From: Candidatus Poseidoniaceae archaeon
GTDB taxonomy: Archaea; Thermoplasmatota; Poseidoniia; Poseidoniales; Poseidoniaceae
Length of the DNA: 64,000 nucleotides
NCBI GenBank assembly: GCA_028822845.1
Contig: JAPKCS010000007.1
Coordinates: 2,649-66,648 of the forward strand
Direction of reading: 5' to 3'
The translations under genes were made by a program, and so were the position numbers. Under the pieces are notes generated by a model, which saw only the letters and a list, made by a program, of their open reading frames with translations, did no database searches and was not told the DNA's origin. Numbering within the stretch: position 1 is the first letter of the stretch; the number at the start of each line of letters is the position of its first letter. Shown in pieces: positions 1 through 9,886 of the stretch.

Positions 1-527
1 TCGGTCACTTCTGAGTTCCCGCTCCCCTCCAGAGCGATCAAGCCCGTTCCTTCAGAAAATTGCCAGATGCTGCCGTCCACGGCACCAAAGTAAGCATAAT
101 CCCCTGCTGGCCGCCATTCGACGGTGGTCAAATCAAGTCCAAACACAGTACCAGATCCATTGACCGGGCCAATGCTGTAATCTTCGGAAGAGTAACGCAT
201 TGCCATGCCAAGATCGCCTGCCATCAGCGCCGTGTTTCCACGAGGATGCCATGCGACATCGTTGAAGGATTGAGAGCGTCCTGAATTCAATTCAATGTCG
301 CCGCTTCTCTCTCCTGCATTCGAGGCCGAGAGGAGCCGAGCGTATCCATCTTCACCAGCGATTAAGACGGTGAGGCCGTCGGGAGAAACCGCCCCTGTGT
401 TGATGCCAATGTCTTGATCTTCAAGGGTGTCTTCCAACTTGAGTTGAATCAACGATTCAGGCTCTGCTGGAACGCTCGGTACGAGCATAAGGAGCAACAT
501 TGTCAAGGCCAAGAGCAACTTTCGCAT
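1..527 (-). CDS. Secreted beta-propeller-like repeat protein, N-terminal fragment (gene runs off the window start)
   Basis: Not in the ORF track because there is no stop in the window. Manual reverse translation from ATG (complement of 525-527) stays open to position 1. It reads MRKLLLALTMLLLMLVPSVPAEPESLIQLK, a signal-peptide-like start, followed by Gly/Asp/aromatic strand repeats (AWHPRGNTALMAGDLG, YFGAVDGSIWQF). Confidence 0.5.
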   Translation of the reverse strand, partial: MRKLLLALTMLLLMLVPSVPAEPESLIQLKLEDTLEDQDIGINTGAVSPDGLTVLIAGEDGYARLLSASNAGERSGDIELNSGRSQSFNDVAWHPRGNTALMAGDLGMAMRYSSEDYSIGPVNGSGTVFGLDLTTVEWRPAGDYAYFGAVDGSIWQFSEGTGLIALEGSGNSEVT

Positions 528-645
528 GGATTGGCCAGCGTGCTGGAGGACAAAACCCCTCCGACCGCTGAAAAGAACTTATCAACGCTCAAAGCGCTCC
601 ATCCCGCACGGTGAGCCTTATGTTCAAGAGCGGTTTGGAGTGGCT

Positions 646-1170
646 ATGGAGCGATTCGCAGTTAAGCGCGGTTTGGAGAAAAAAATGGGCGGCAATGCTG
701 GACTATCACAGTTGGCAGCTCAATATTTCAACGACTTACAAGTTGATGCTGGTGGCGTTTTCACCGGCACGCATGGCATCATGGTCCGCATCAGTGGCGA
801 ATTTGGAAGCGACGGGAAACTGGCGCTTGATGTTGAACAACTCAAAGGCTCCGAACTGTCTCAGTTCCTTAGCGCTGAAGGTGGTCGTGAAGAAGCAATG
901 GAATCTCGCAAAAGGTATTCCTCTTTCTTAGACGAAGCAACCGGATACACGCCAAAACAACGTGGCGACAAAGCCAAGGAAGAAGGAAAGAAATTCTCCA
1001 AGGCCCGTTCAGCCATTAAAATGGCCCACAAGTCCATGGCAATGAGCAACAGCATCACCCAGGAAACCATTGACCAAGCTCACGCTATGATCAATGAACT
1101 CCAAACAATGATCGACGCCGGCACAGCCCCTTCAGAAGGCAAGGTCAAGAAACTCAACGACTTACTTTGA
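646..1170 (+). CDS. Hypothetical protein with a Lys/Glu-rich helical C-terminus
   Basis: ORF 526..1170. Start moved to ATG 646, which has GGAG a few nt upstream; a start at 526 would abut the divergent gene start at 527. No motif recognised. Confidence 0.4.
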   Translation: MERFAVKRGLEKKMGGNAGLSQLAAQYFNDLQVDAGGVFTGTHGIMVRISGEFGSDGKLALDVEQLKGSELSQFLSAEGGREEAMESRKRYSSFLDEATGYTPKQRGDKAKEEGKKFSKARSAIKMAHKSMAMSNSITQETIDQAHAMINELQTMIDAGTAPSEGKVKKLNDLL

Positions 1171-1180
1171 ATCACTTGAG

Positions 1181-2335
1181 GTGCATGGTATGGACATCGA
1201 AGCCGTCCTTCAACCGTACACCGAACAGTGCCCAAGGATCGCTGAACTGAATGAAGAATCGAAAAAGCGCCTTGCCTTGATGGTTGGAAGCGTTGATGAG
1301 ACCGTCGGGATTTCCCATCTGGTGGATTGCCTTGCTGACTCAACCAGTCTTGGTGGCGATGGTACAATTCGCTGCTATGTCGGTTTTGAACCATCAGGGA
1401 AAGCACACATCGGGTGGAAGGTCCTTTCCTTGCAATTGCGAAGAATGCTTGATGCTGATGCCAATGTGTTGGTGTTCTTGGCTGATTGGCATGCCTGGGT
1501 GAACGACAAATTCAACGGCGTGATGGATGACATCCAAACCACGGCTACGTACATGGAAGAAACCTTCCGAGCGCTTCTTGGCCATCCCGAAGAGGGCGAT
1601 GGGCCCGGACAGTTGAGGTTCCTATGGGCATCGACGCTGATGGATAATGGCGATTATTGGGCCCGGGTCCTCCGTTGCTCGAAAGGTGCAACCCTCGCAA
1701 TGGTAAGAAAAACATTCACCATCATGGGCCGAGATGAAGCTTCTTCAGATCATGACCTTTCCAAATTCTACTACCCTGCAATGCAAGCAAGTGATATCTT
1801 CGAACTGAACATCGATATCGCGCTCGGTGGCATGGATCAACGCAAAGCGCACATGTTCATGCGCGATGTCGCCACAAAGTGGGGTTGGTCAAAAGCCACA
1901 TGCCTCCACACCCCCATCATCTCCTCACTCAAAGCAACCGGAACCCGTATGGAAAGTTTCGATCACAAGATGAGTAAGTCTGATCCGTCAGGTGCGATTT
2001 TGTTGCACGATGCTGAAAACATCCTGCGGAACAAGATGAAAAAACATGCTTACCTCAATCCAGAGGATGAGCATTCACCCGTCTATGAACTCGCAGAGCA
2101 TGTCGTTTTGCCCGAATGGGGTGAAATCGTCGTGACACCGAATCCTAAATTTGGCGAACCGTCAACATGGACCGACTTGGCATCGTTCAAAGCAGCAGTC
2201 ACCGATGGCACACTTCACCCACTCGATGCGAAGTTGGGTGTCGCAGCAGGCATCAGCCGAGGATTGGAAGCGGTTGCTGCCCACTTCGAAGCAAAACCAG
2301 AAACATTGGAAGCCGTGAACCGTTTGCGGAAGTGA
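1181..2335 (+). CDS. tyrS: Tyrosine--tRNA ligase, archaeal/eukaryal type
   Basis: GFEPSGKAHIG (HIGH-region equivalent), KMSKS, and YYPAMQASD...GGMDQRKAHM are collinear with M. jannaschii TyrRS as remembered. The alternative start ATG 1190 has better SD spacing. Confidence 0.9.
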   Translation: MHGMDIEAVLQPYTEQCPRIAELNEESKKRLALMVGSVDETVGISHLVDCLADSTSLGGDGTIRCYVGFEPSGKAHIGWKVLSLQLRRMLDADANVLVFLADWHAWVNDKFNGVMDDIQTTATYMEETFRALLGHPEEGDGPGQLRFLWASTLMDNGDYWARVLRCSKGATLAMVRKTFTIMGRDEASSDHDLSKFYYPAMQASDIFELNIDIALGGMDQRKAHMFMRDVATKWGWSKATCLHTPIISSLKATGTRMESFDHKMSKSDPSGAILLHDAENILRNKMKKHAYLNPEDEHSPVYELAEHVVLPEWGEIVVTPNPKFGEPSTWTDLASFKAAVTDGTLHPLDAKLGVAAGISRGLEAVAAHFEAKPETLEAVNRLRK

Positions 2336-2337
2336 AC

Positions 2338-3204
2338 TCACTCTTCATGGAGGGAGAAGCCCTCTTCGACACTGTGCACATCCAAACGAAGGATTCGTCG
2401 GGTGTCGCGAAGATAATCTCGGGATGGTAAATGGTCCAAACCAATGGATGCATTCACAGTCAAGCATTGCCCTGGTTGGAATTGATTGACGTATTCATCT
2501 GTCACGACCGCCATAATGGTCGGGACATCTTCGGGAAGTTCGTCGTTTCGCAAACTGTTCGGATCAAACAATTCCATGTATTGAACATCTTCGTAATAGT
2601 TCCGTTCAAGGTCCATGCCAAAGTTACGAGGATCGGGTAGGTCTTCGTGCTTGCCACCATCGCGCAAAAAGGCGATACCATTCTTCATGCACATCGGGCA
2701 GATTTCCAACTTCCTTCGAGCACGGGCCAGTTGTTCGTTTTCGATCCATTCGTGCTTGCATTCACGGCATGAATAGGCCGAACGCTTCAACCAACCCATC
2801 GCTCGGCTGGTGCTGTGAACCACTGCATCAAAACGAAGAAACCTGGTTCTGTCGCGCATTCGCAAGTCTGCGATGTGATAGCGGTTGAGTTCTGAAAACC
2901 CCGCGACCCGAATCACTGGCCGAGGTTCCAAGTTATGGAGCGCAAATTGTTCCTCCAAAACAAGGGTCCCTGAATCAAGGCACTTTTGACGATCGCTCAT
3001 GAAGGCAAGGCCAAGGCCTTGATGCGCCTCGAGGGCAGTCCATTGGATCTCAAAGCCCCACACGCTGTCTTCAATCTCGGCGAGAGCTGCGAAGTCGGCT
3101 TTGCAGTGAGTTTCAAAAAAGGTACGCCATGCTGCAAGAAGGCGCTGTTCTTCATCCGTGGGCTCTGTGTGTTTCTTCATCGACATGGAACTTGAGGATG
3201 GCAT
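2338..3204 (-). CDS. MCM N-terminal-domain-like protein (helical subdomain, C4 zinc ribbon, OB fold) with no AAA+ module
   Basis: 288 aa. The C4 ribbon is CRECKHEW-x17-CPMC, embedded in an OB-like segment (RFLRFDAVVHSTSRAMGWLKRSAYSC). It is followed by YEDVQYMELFD...PTIMAVVTDEYVNQFQPGQCLTVNASIG, which matches the MCM-N pattern DxQxIxxQE...V.L..DLV....PGD.V.V.GI. No Walker motifs. Confidence 0.55.
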   Translation of the reverse strand: MPSSSSMSMKKHTEPTDEEQRLLAAWRTFFETHCKADFAALAEIEDSVWGFEIQWTALEAHQGLGLAFMSDRQKCLDSGTLVLEEQFALHNLEPRPVIRVAGFSELNRYHIADLRMRDRTRFLRFDAVVHSTSRAMGWLKRSAYSCRECKHEWIENEQLARARRKLEICPMCMKNGIAFLRDGGKHEDLPDPRNFGMDLERNYYEDVQYMELFDPNSLRNDELPEDVPTIMAVVTDEYVNQFQPGQCLTVNASIGLDHLPSRDYLRDTRRILRLDVHSVEEGFSLHEE

Positions 3205-3337
3205 CGACGGCTATCAAATGTTTCGGTGAACGACTCCAATCTTCCAACCGAAAATGCAAATCCTTTGAGGGCTAAGGTTCATCAATCCCTTTCATGTCGA
3301 GAGAAACATCCCCTCTTTGAGGCGGAGCGTGACCCCT

Positions 3338-4075
3338 ATGGTAAACATCATCGTTCTCGTGAAGCAAGTCCCTGATACCAATGCTAAAATCGTCGTTTCC
3401 GGCGACCGCGTTGACCTCTCTGCCGTCAAGAAAGTGATGAGCCCCTACGACGAGTTCGCTGTGGAAGCTGCACTGCAACACCGCGAAGCAAACGGTGGGG
3501 AAGTGACCGCATTAACGCTCGGCGGCGCTGGTGCTGACAAGGTTCTCAAGGATGCCAAAGCCATTGGCGTTGATCACATCGTTCGAATTGACAGCGATGG
3601 AGACCATGATTCAAACTCCCTTCAAACCGCCATTGCTTCAGTTCTTAGCGAACTTGGTGCAGAAGTCGTTTACTGCGGTAAATCTGCAGCTGACACCGGT
3701 GCTGGCTCAACAGGACCAGGTCTCGCAGAACGCATGGGATGGGCTTCAGTTTCAAACGTCATCTCAGTGGCTTTCGATGGCGGCATTACCGTCGTCGCTC
3801 CAAGCGAAGGCGGCGATGCTCGGATTTCCGTGCCAATTCCAGCGGTTATTTCATGTGACAAAGGAAACATGAAGGTTCGCAAACCAAATGTGAAAGGAAT
3901 CATGCAAGCAAAGAAAGCAAAGGTCGAGGTGAAAACCGTGGCCATTCAACCCTCCAGCGTTGCCATTGTAGCACACACAATGCCCCCTGCCAAGCCAGCG
4001 GGTAAATCCTACGAAGGTGGAGCCGCTGCGGCTGAAGTCGCACGTCTGCTCCGAGATGAGGCCAACGTTATTTGA
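3338..4075 (+). CDS. etfB: Electron transfer flavoprotein, beta subunit
   Basis: MVNIIVLVKQVPDT N-terminus is typical of EtfB. Start trimmed to ATG 3338. Sits directly upstream of etfA. Confidence 0.9.
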   Translation: MVNIIVLVKQVPDTNAKIVVSGDRVDLSAVKKVMSPYDEFAVEAALQHREANGGEVTALTLGGAGADKVLKDAKAIGVDHIVRIDSDGDHDSNSLQTAIASVLSELGAEVVYCGKSAADTGAGSTGPGLAERMGWASVSNVISVAFDGGITVVAPSEGGDARISVPIPAVISCDKGNMKVRKPNVKGIMQAKKAKVEVKTVAIQPSSVAIVAHTMPPAKPAGKSYEGGAAAAEVARLLRDEANVI

Positions 4076-4085
4076 GGTGAAGAAT

Positions 4086-5018
4086 ATGACTGAAACCATT
4101 GTTATTGCTGAAATCGCAAAAGGAACCATCCACGCCACAACCTCGGAACTTGTAACCGCCGCCCAAGCCTTGGGTGGTTCACCAATCATCATCGTGCCAT
4201 GCACCGATGCCAGTGTTGCAGATGCTGCTGCCTCCATTCAAGGAGCAAGCAAAGTCATCGCTGCCAAATCAGATGTCTTCAACCACTATGATGCAGCAGG
4301 ATGGGCTTCGGCAATTGACGCCATCGCCCCTGCTGGAACAATCCTAACCTCAGCCACGCCACAATCGAAAGACCTTGCAGCACGGATTGCAGCACGACGA
4401 AATATTTCGGTCGTCCAAGACGTGGTCGCCATCGATGGAAACCAATTGACCTCCCCCGTCTACTCTGGAAAAGCAATGCAAACCGTCGCCCTATCTGGTC
4501 CTGCTGTGATCAGTGTACGAGCAAACGTATTCGATGCTGCACCGAGCGGCGGTTCATGCGATGTTGCTGTCGTCGACACAACCGGAAACATGGCAACAGC
4601 TGTGCAAGAATTCATGGCTCGAGCCTCTCAACGTCTCGATGTCGCTGAAGCAAACATCATCATTTCAGGTGGAAGAGGCATGGGCTCCCCAGACAACTTT
4701 GTTCACTTGGAAGCCATTGCAGACACCATCGGGGCTGCTGTTGGCGCTTCACGAGCTGCTGTGGACACGTGGGAAGCAATTCCTCACTCCATGCAAGTCG
4801 GTCAAACTGGAAAAACAGTCAACCCGAACCTCTACATCGCCGTCGGTATTTCCGGAGCCATTCAGCACCTTGCTGGTATGCGGTCCTCGAAGTACATCGT
4901 CGCCATCAACAAAGATGCTGATGCACCAATCTTCCAGCATGCCGATTACGGAATCGTTGCAACATGGGAAGATGCCCTCCCCGTTCTTCAATCCACACTT
5001 GCTGGAATGATGGCGTGA
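4086..5018 (+). CDS. etfA: Electron transfer flavoprotein, alpha subunit
   Basis: C-terminal FAD signature PNLYIAVGISGAIQHLAGMRSSKYIVAINKDADAPIF. Start at ATG 4086, 11 nt after the etfB stop. Confidence 0.9.
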   Translation: MTETIVIAEIAKGTIHATTSELVTAAQALGGSPIIIVPCTDASVADAAASIQGASKVIAAKSDVFNHYDAAGWASAIDAIAPAGTILTSATPQSKDLAARIAARRNISVVQDVVAIDGNQLTSPVYSGKAMQTVALSGPAVISVRANVFDAAPSGGSCDVAVVDTTGNMATAVQEFMARASQRLDVAEANIIISGGRGMGSPDNFVHLEAIADTIGAAVGASRAAVDTWEAIPHSMQVGQTGKTVNPNLYIAVGISGAIQHLAGMRSSKYIVAINKDADAPIFQHADYGIVATWEDALPVLQSTLAGMMA

Positions 5019-5789
5019 TCAGGCGTACTTGCCACGCCCATAGGAGCCTTGAGCACCCGCTCCCTCTCCGACAAACGGGTTCGTAGCACGCTCATGTCCA
5101 ATTGTGGTCACGGGGCCATGCCCCGGATAGACGATGGTGTCTGCAGCAAGCGGCCACAATTGAGTATGAATCGAAGTGGCGAGGACGTTGAAATCGCCAC
5201 CCGTATCAGGTAAATCTGTGCGCCCGACTGAACCTGCGAAGAGGGTGTCGCCAACAAACAAATGATCTGGACCATCCTCAACCAGTAAATTGAGGCAACA
5301 TCCACCGAGTGTGTGTCCCGGGGTGTGAAGAATGGTAAACTTCAGAGCACCGAACACCATGGTTTCCTTTTCGATCAATGGCTCGTCTGCTTGTGCAGGA
5401 GCCGGTGCATCAAATCCCCAGCGGCGGGCTGAAGATTGCGCTAAGGATTGGAGATAGGTATCATCTGGATGAAGGTACCACTTGACTGGATAATGGAGCA
5501 GTAAGTCTGGTATGTAACCGCTGTGATCGAAGTGAGCGTGCGTGTTGATCAACGCCACAACTTTTCGTTCTGGCTGGCCGAGGCCTTCAAATTCAGAGCG
5601 GTCCAATGGTCCGTTTGACCAATCAGGCCCCCGTCCTTCAAAGCGATCAATCCATGCGATGAGGCGTTCAGGTTCGCTGCCCCCATCGATGATGACCGTG
5701 TCACCGGTCAAGCGGTCAGTCACCACCGAGCATCGCATTTGGAGGGCACCAACGAAGAAGTATTCCACCCAGGGATCAACGATGGCCAT
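5019..5789 (-). CDS. MBL-fold metallo-hydrolase (glyoxalase II-like)
   Basis: THAHFDHSG (HxHxDH) motif, with later HTPGHT and GD...D metal-ligand motifs. Confidence 0.8.
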   Translation of the reverse strand: MAIVDPWVEYFFVGALQMRCSVVTDRLTGDTVIIDGGSEPERLIAWIDRFEGRGPDWSNGPLDRSEFEGLGQPERKVVALINTHAHFDHSGYIPDLLLHYPVKWYLHPDDTYLQSLAQSSARRWGFDAPAPAQADEPLIEKETMVFGALKFTILHTPGHTLGGCCLNLLVEDGPDHLFVGDTLFAGSVGRTDLPDTGGDFNVLATSIHTQLWPLAADTIVYPGHGPVTTIGHERATNPFVGEGAGAQGSYGRGKYA

Positions 5790-5819
5790 GGAACTCCGAC
5801 AGAGCTCCCCTTCATCAGT

Positions 5820-7457
5820 CTAAGCCCGCTTTAAGGTGAGTTGGAGGGCATCACTCGACCAACGCCCCTCACTGTCACAGATTCGTAATTCAAACCTGTG
5901 AACTCCGGCTGAAAGGCGTACTTTCACCTGTGGTTGCGTTGCTATCTCCTTTCCCGTGGCGTCGACCCAGGACCACATGACAATTCGGTTTTGGACATCT
6001 TCACTGGCCAATCCATCGAGAACAACAATGCATGTGCCATCTTCATCACAGACAAGTTCTCGATCATCGCCTGCTCGAGGCACAGGGGCAATAGGGGCGA
6101 CCACTTCCTCATTCAGAGCATCGAATAAATCCTCATCAGGCATCATGGCCATGTTTGACATCGCATCGTCCATCGCATCAAGCAGGCTTTCCGAATCAAC
6201 ATTGAGCGTGCCCATCTGTTGTGAATCAAGGTCCGTTTCGATGGATTCACCGAGTGCATCTTGAAGCATTTCAACTCCGTGATCCACGGGTTGACCGAGC
6301 ATGTCTCGTTCATCTTCTGTGAGCAATTTATCAACGGAGTCATCAACTCTATATATCTCCTCAGCCGAAAGGGAGACGGCCAACGGGTCATCTTGGAACC
6401 ACGCTGTCAATTCAGATGGATCCGTTTCAATCATGTCTGCTGTCAGGGAAAAAGAACCGATCGGTTCTGGATCGGTCCAGTCGTTTTGGTCTTCGCCTGC
6501 AAACAAGCACACTTCGCCTCTTGCTGAACCAACAAGAAGGGTTGGCATGCCTTGGTGTTCGATTTTCCATGAGCCTTGAGTTTCAGTGGTTCCGAATAAG
6601 TAAAACCATGAAGATACGACCACGTGCTCACCCCGAACCAGTATGTTTTGAACAGCATAATTCGTTTGCAGCAAATCTCGATGCGCTCCCTCTTTGTAGC
6701 AGGTCACGCGGCCATCGTCAAAACCACAAATCACACCATCATAGCCAGGAACACAATGCGTCAAACGGGTGCTAAGGTCGCTTCGTTCGAGCAAACCTTG
6801 GCCTTCAAGGCACCATGTTTCCATCTCAAGCGCTTCTTCGTCGCCATCGACAAGTGCGTAGCCTTCTCGGCCAAGAACGAGGTGACCGGCTGCATCTTCC
6901 CCGAGGGCCGTGATTGCTTCGCCGACTTCGCCGCGGGTTGTTCGTTGCCAAACAACCTCTGAGCCTTTGAGGGATTGAACACGCCCGTCTTCATGAGCCA
7001 GAACCAGATGGACCCCGACAAAGGTGGACTTGATCACACCGTCAAAGCGTTTTGAAAGATTGGTGAAGGACCCATCATAGCCCACACGGTGCAAACGCCC
7101 CAATGCATCGATAACAGCCATGTCATTTGGCCCTTGATGAAGTGAAAAACCGCCACCTGGAACATCGACGCTCCAAACCGATTCACCGTCCTTATTCAAA
7201 CAGGTCAGGCCATTTACCTCGTCAAGCGCATAGGCACGTTCACCCCTGATGCAAAGGCCTACAATCGACCCACCTGCAGACCAACGGCTGGTCTGTTCAA
7301 TGGAGTGGGTTGCTGAGAGTGAACCAAGGCCAACATGGCCTCCTTGTTCTGCCCATGCTAAGAACGTCCCACTTGAGGAAAGGCACAATTGAGTGACCTT
7401 ATGCTCAGGCTTGGACGCAACCTGCGTAAGACGGGTGTGCACCATGGGCAAGTTCAC
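5820..7457 (-). CDS. Hypothetical beta-propeller-like protein with an acidic linker and a C-terminal Ig/PKD-like domain
   Basis: 545 aa. N-terminal 330 aa has repeated strand motifs (GHVGLGSL, DGRVQSL, DGRVTCY). A highly acidic segment follows. The C-terminus is IVMWSWVDATGKE...GVHRFELRICDSEG. No signal peptide seen. Confidence 0.5.
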   Translation of the reverse strand: MNLPMVHTRLTQVASKPEHKVTQLCLSSSGTFLAWAEQGGHVGLGSLSATHSIEQTSRWSAGGSIVGLCIRGERAYALDEVNGLTCLNKDGESVWSVDVPGGGFSLHQGPNDMAVIDALGRLHRVGYDGSFTNLSKRFDGVIKSTFVGVHLVLAHEDGRVQSLKGSEVVWQRTTRGEVGEAITALGEDAAGHLVLGREGYALVDGDEEALEMETWCLEGQGLLERSDLSTRLTHCVPGYDGVICGFDDGRVTCYKEGAHRDLLQTNYAVQNILVRGEHVVVSSWFYLFGTTETQGSWKIEHQGMPTLLVGSARGEVCLFAGEDQNDWTDPEPIGSFSLTADMIETDPSELTAWFQDDPLAVSLSAEEIYRVDDSVDKLLTEDERDMLGQPVDHGVEMLQDALGESIETDLDSQQMGTLNVDSESLLDAMDDAMSNMAMMPDEDLFDALNEEVVAPIAPVPRAGDDRELVCDEDGTCIVVLDGLASEDVQNRIVMWSWVDATGKEIATQPQVKVRLSAGVHRFELRICDSEGRWSSDALQLTLKRA

Positions 7458-7550
7458 AGGCTGATGCCAATTAACCTCATCCCTTTCGTGTGCTGAATGA
7501 AACCATCACAGGAGGTGGGGCAACACGTTGGGTTCGCCATCAGCAACGAA

Positions 7551-9089
7551 TCAAGATCCGTCATTGTGCATATCGATCACTTCGTCGTCTTCAGAAGATT
7601 CTCGTTTAGCAGCATCGTTTCGGGAAGTAAAGAGGCGCTCAAGGTAGGCTGCGTCGATGTCTCCAGTGACATACTCTCCACTGAAGCAGCTCGTATCAAA
7701 GCGGTTTGGTGGTGCGTCGCCAATCTTGGTTGCTTCAACAAGGTCATCGAGCGTCTGGTAAAACAAACGATCGCTTCCGATGATGTCGTTGATTTCATCA
7801 ATGGACTTCCCATTCGCAATGAATTCGGTAACGGCTGGCATATCGATGCCGTAGACGTTTGGATGGCGCACAGGGGGTGCTGCTGATGCAAAATACACCT
7901 TTGCTGCACCTACATCGCGTGCCATCTCAATGATTTGAGCGCTCGTGGTACCACGGACAATCGAATCGTCGACAAGCAGAATGTTCTTTCCAGAGAATTC
8001 ATGCTCAATTGCGTTCAACTTACGCCGAACAGACTTCTCACGCAAGGCTTGCCCTGGCATGATGAACGTTCGCCCGACATAGCGGTTCTTGACGAAGCCT
8101 TCACGGTAGGAGACTTCCAATGTCTCAGCCATCTGCAATGCCGCTATTCGCCCTGAATCAGGAACGGGGATGACTGCATCGATGTCGTGGTCGGGCCATT
8201 CAGCAAGAATACGTTCAGCAAGTCGCTTTCCTTGACTCAATCGAGCATTGTAGACTGAGATGCCGTCAATGACTGAATCAGGCCGGGCAAAGTAGACGTA
8301 TTCGAAAATACACGGCGCCGCTTCAACAGGTTCAGCGCATTGACGTGAGAAGAAATGACCAGAATTCGAGAAGAAGACCGCTTCGCCTGGAGCAACGTCG
8401 CGGACGACTTCAAAGCCCAAAGCGGTGATGGCAACGGACTCACTTGCAACAATCCATTCTGTTTCTTCACCAACTTGGCGTTTTCCGAACACCATTGGCC
8501 GGATTCCATGAGGGTCCCTGAAGGCTAACAAGCCATAGCCGGAGAGAATGGATACACATGCATATGAGCCAATCACGGCTTCATGAACGCCTTGTACGGC
8601 ACCGAAAACGGTTTCGATGTCAAGATGTGGATCGCCATCAATCGACATGTTGTTCGAGCGTTGATCCAATTCAACGGCAAGCATGTTCAGAAGGAGTTCA
8701 GAATCACTGCTGGTGTTCATGTGGCGGTGGAAGCGATCGGTCAGCAGGGTGTTCAACTCATCTGCATTGGTGAGGTTGCCATTGTGAGCCAAACTCAACC
8801 CGTATGGTGAATTGACGTAGAAAGGCTGAGCTTCAGCCCGAGAAGATGAGCCCGCGGTTGGGTAGCGGACGTGCCCGATACCAACGTGGCCTTGCAAGCG
8901 ACGCATGTGACGGGTGTAGAAGATATCAGAGACGAGTCCATTTGATTTGCGGAGTCGGAATTGACCGTCGCATTCAGTCATGATACCGGCTGCATCTTGG
9001 CCGCGGTGCTGCAAAACTGTAAGACCGTCGTAGATCAATTGGTTAACATGGTAACCTGCTCTTCCAACGATACCGATGATGCCGCACAT
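7551..9089 (-). CDS. purF: Amidophosphoribosyltransferase
   Basis: MCGIIGIVG (N-terminal Cys nucleophile) and the PRTase loop [14 protein letters not shown]. Confidence 0.95.
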   Translation of the reverse strand: MCGIIGIVGRAGYHVNQLIYDGLTVLQHRGQDAAGIMTECDGQFRLRKSNGLVSDIFYTRHMRRLQGHVGIGHVRYPTAGSSSRAEAQPFYVNSPYGLSLAHNGNLTNADELNTLLTDRFHRHMNTSSDSELLLNMLAVELDQRSNNMSIDGDPHLDIETVFGAVQGVHEAVIGSYACVSILSGYGLLAFRDPHGIRPMVFGKRQVGEETEWIVASESVAITALGFEVVRDVAPGEAVFFSNSGHFFSRQCAEPVEAAPCIFEYVYFARPDSVIDGISVYNARLSQGKRLAERILAEWPDHDIDAVIPVPDSGRIAALQMAETLEVSYREGFVKNRYVGRTFIMPGQALREKSVRRKLNAIEHEFSGKNILLVDDSIVRGTTSAQIIEMARDVGAAKVYFASAAPPVRHPNVYGIDMPAVTEFIANGKSIDEINDIIGSDRLFYQTLDDLVEATKIGDAPPNRFDTSCFSGEYVTGDIDAAYLERLFTSRNDAAKRESSEDDEVIDMHNDGS

Positions 9090-9159
9090 GCTGTTGCCTC
9101 AACCCAACCAAATCGTGGCGCTTTGTAGCCATTCCGCTTCATCGAGAGTGGAAAATCAC

Positions 9160-9339
9160 TCAAGCCTTAGGGCGGTGACTCTTCTTTGCCCAATTGAACT
9201 TGCGAATGCGAGAAGTTTCACCGAAGCCGCAGGATGCGCAAACGGCTTTTTGCTTGTGATATGAGCTGCGTCCGCAACGGCGGCATCGAATGTGGGCCGT
9301 CTTCTGACGCTTACCTCTGGATGGAGTACCCTTTGACAT
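9160..9339 (-). CDS. rpl37e: 50S ribosomal protein L37e
   Basis: 59-aa ORF, below the track cutoff, found by manual translation: [59 protein letters not shown]. It has the C4 zinc ribbon and the MxKGTxSxGKR start typical of eL37. Confidence 0.85.
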   Translation of the reverse strand: MSKGTPSRGKRQKTAHIRCRRCGRSSYHKQKAVCASCGFGETSRIRKFNWAKKSHRPKA

Positions 9340-9418
9340 AGAAACACCTGTTCAAGTCGGCCACCGACCTCCTCCTTATGAAATCAACGGAAGTGGTTTT
9401 CGCTTTGCTGGCCAATAA

Positions 9419-9886
9419 TTATTCTTCTTCGAGGATGGTCCGACGCGCTTTTTGAGCCGTTATCGTAGCAAAAGTGGACCCTAAGGCCAATCCGAGGGCA
9501 AGAAGAATCGCTCCTGCTGAAACAAACATGTGAACGAGGTTGTACAGCACCTGAGCGCGCACAGAACCATTGTCTTCCATCAGCAAATCGCCCTGGTTCA
9601 ACAAGAAGACCGTCGTAAGAAGACCGATCGAGGCTGCTGCCAGCATACCAATCAAAGGAGCGAGAGGGCGTTGGCGGGAATCTGCATAGAAGAAGAGGTT
9701 GCCAAGAAGAAGCAGAGAGCCGAGCGTGTAGGATGTGAGCAGGGCGTTAGCGAACCGAGGAAGGCTATCGGTACCAGCGCCTACTGAACCACCAAGGGTG
9801 AGATCGAGCGCCCATAGAGAGACCAGCGGGAGAAGGAAGGCAACAAGCATGGCTCGCCAAGTGACCACAAGTTTGCCATCACTCAT
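9419..9886 (-). CDS. Hypothetical integral membrane protein (about 4 TM)
   Basis: ORF 9419..9916, start taken at MSDGKLVV (9886), which overlaps the upstream stop by 8 nt. Several hydrophobic helices. Ends ...ILEEE. Confidence 0.55.
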   Translation of the reverse strand: MSDGKLVVTWRAMLVAFLLPLVSLWALDLTLGGSVGAGTDSLPRFANALLTSYTLGSLLLLGNLFFYADSRQRPLAPLIGMLAAASIGLLTTVFLLNQGDLLMEDNGSVRAQVLYNLVHMFVSAGAILLALGLALGSTFATITAQKARRTILEEE

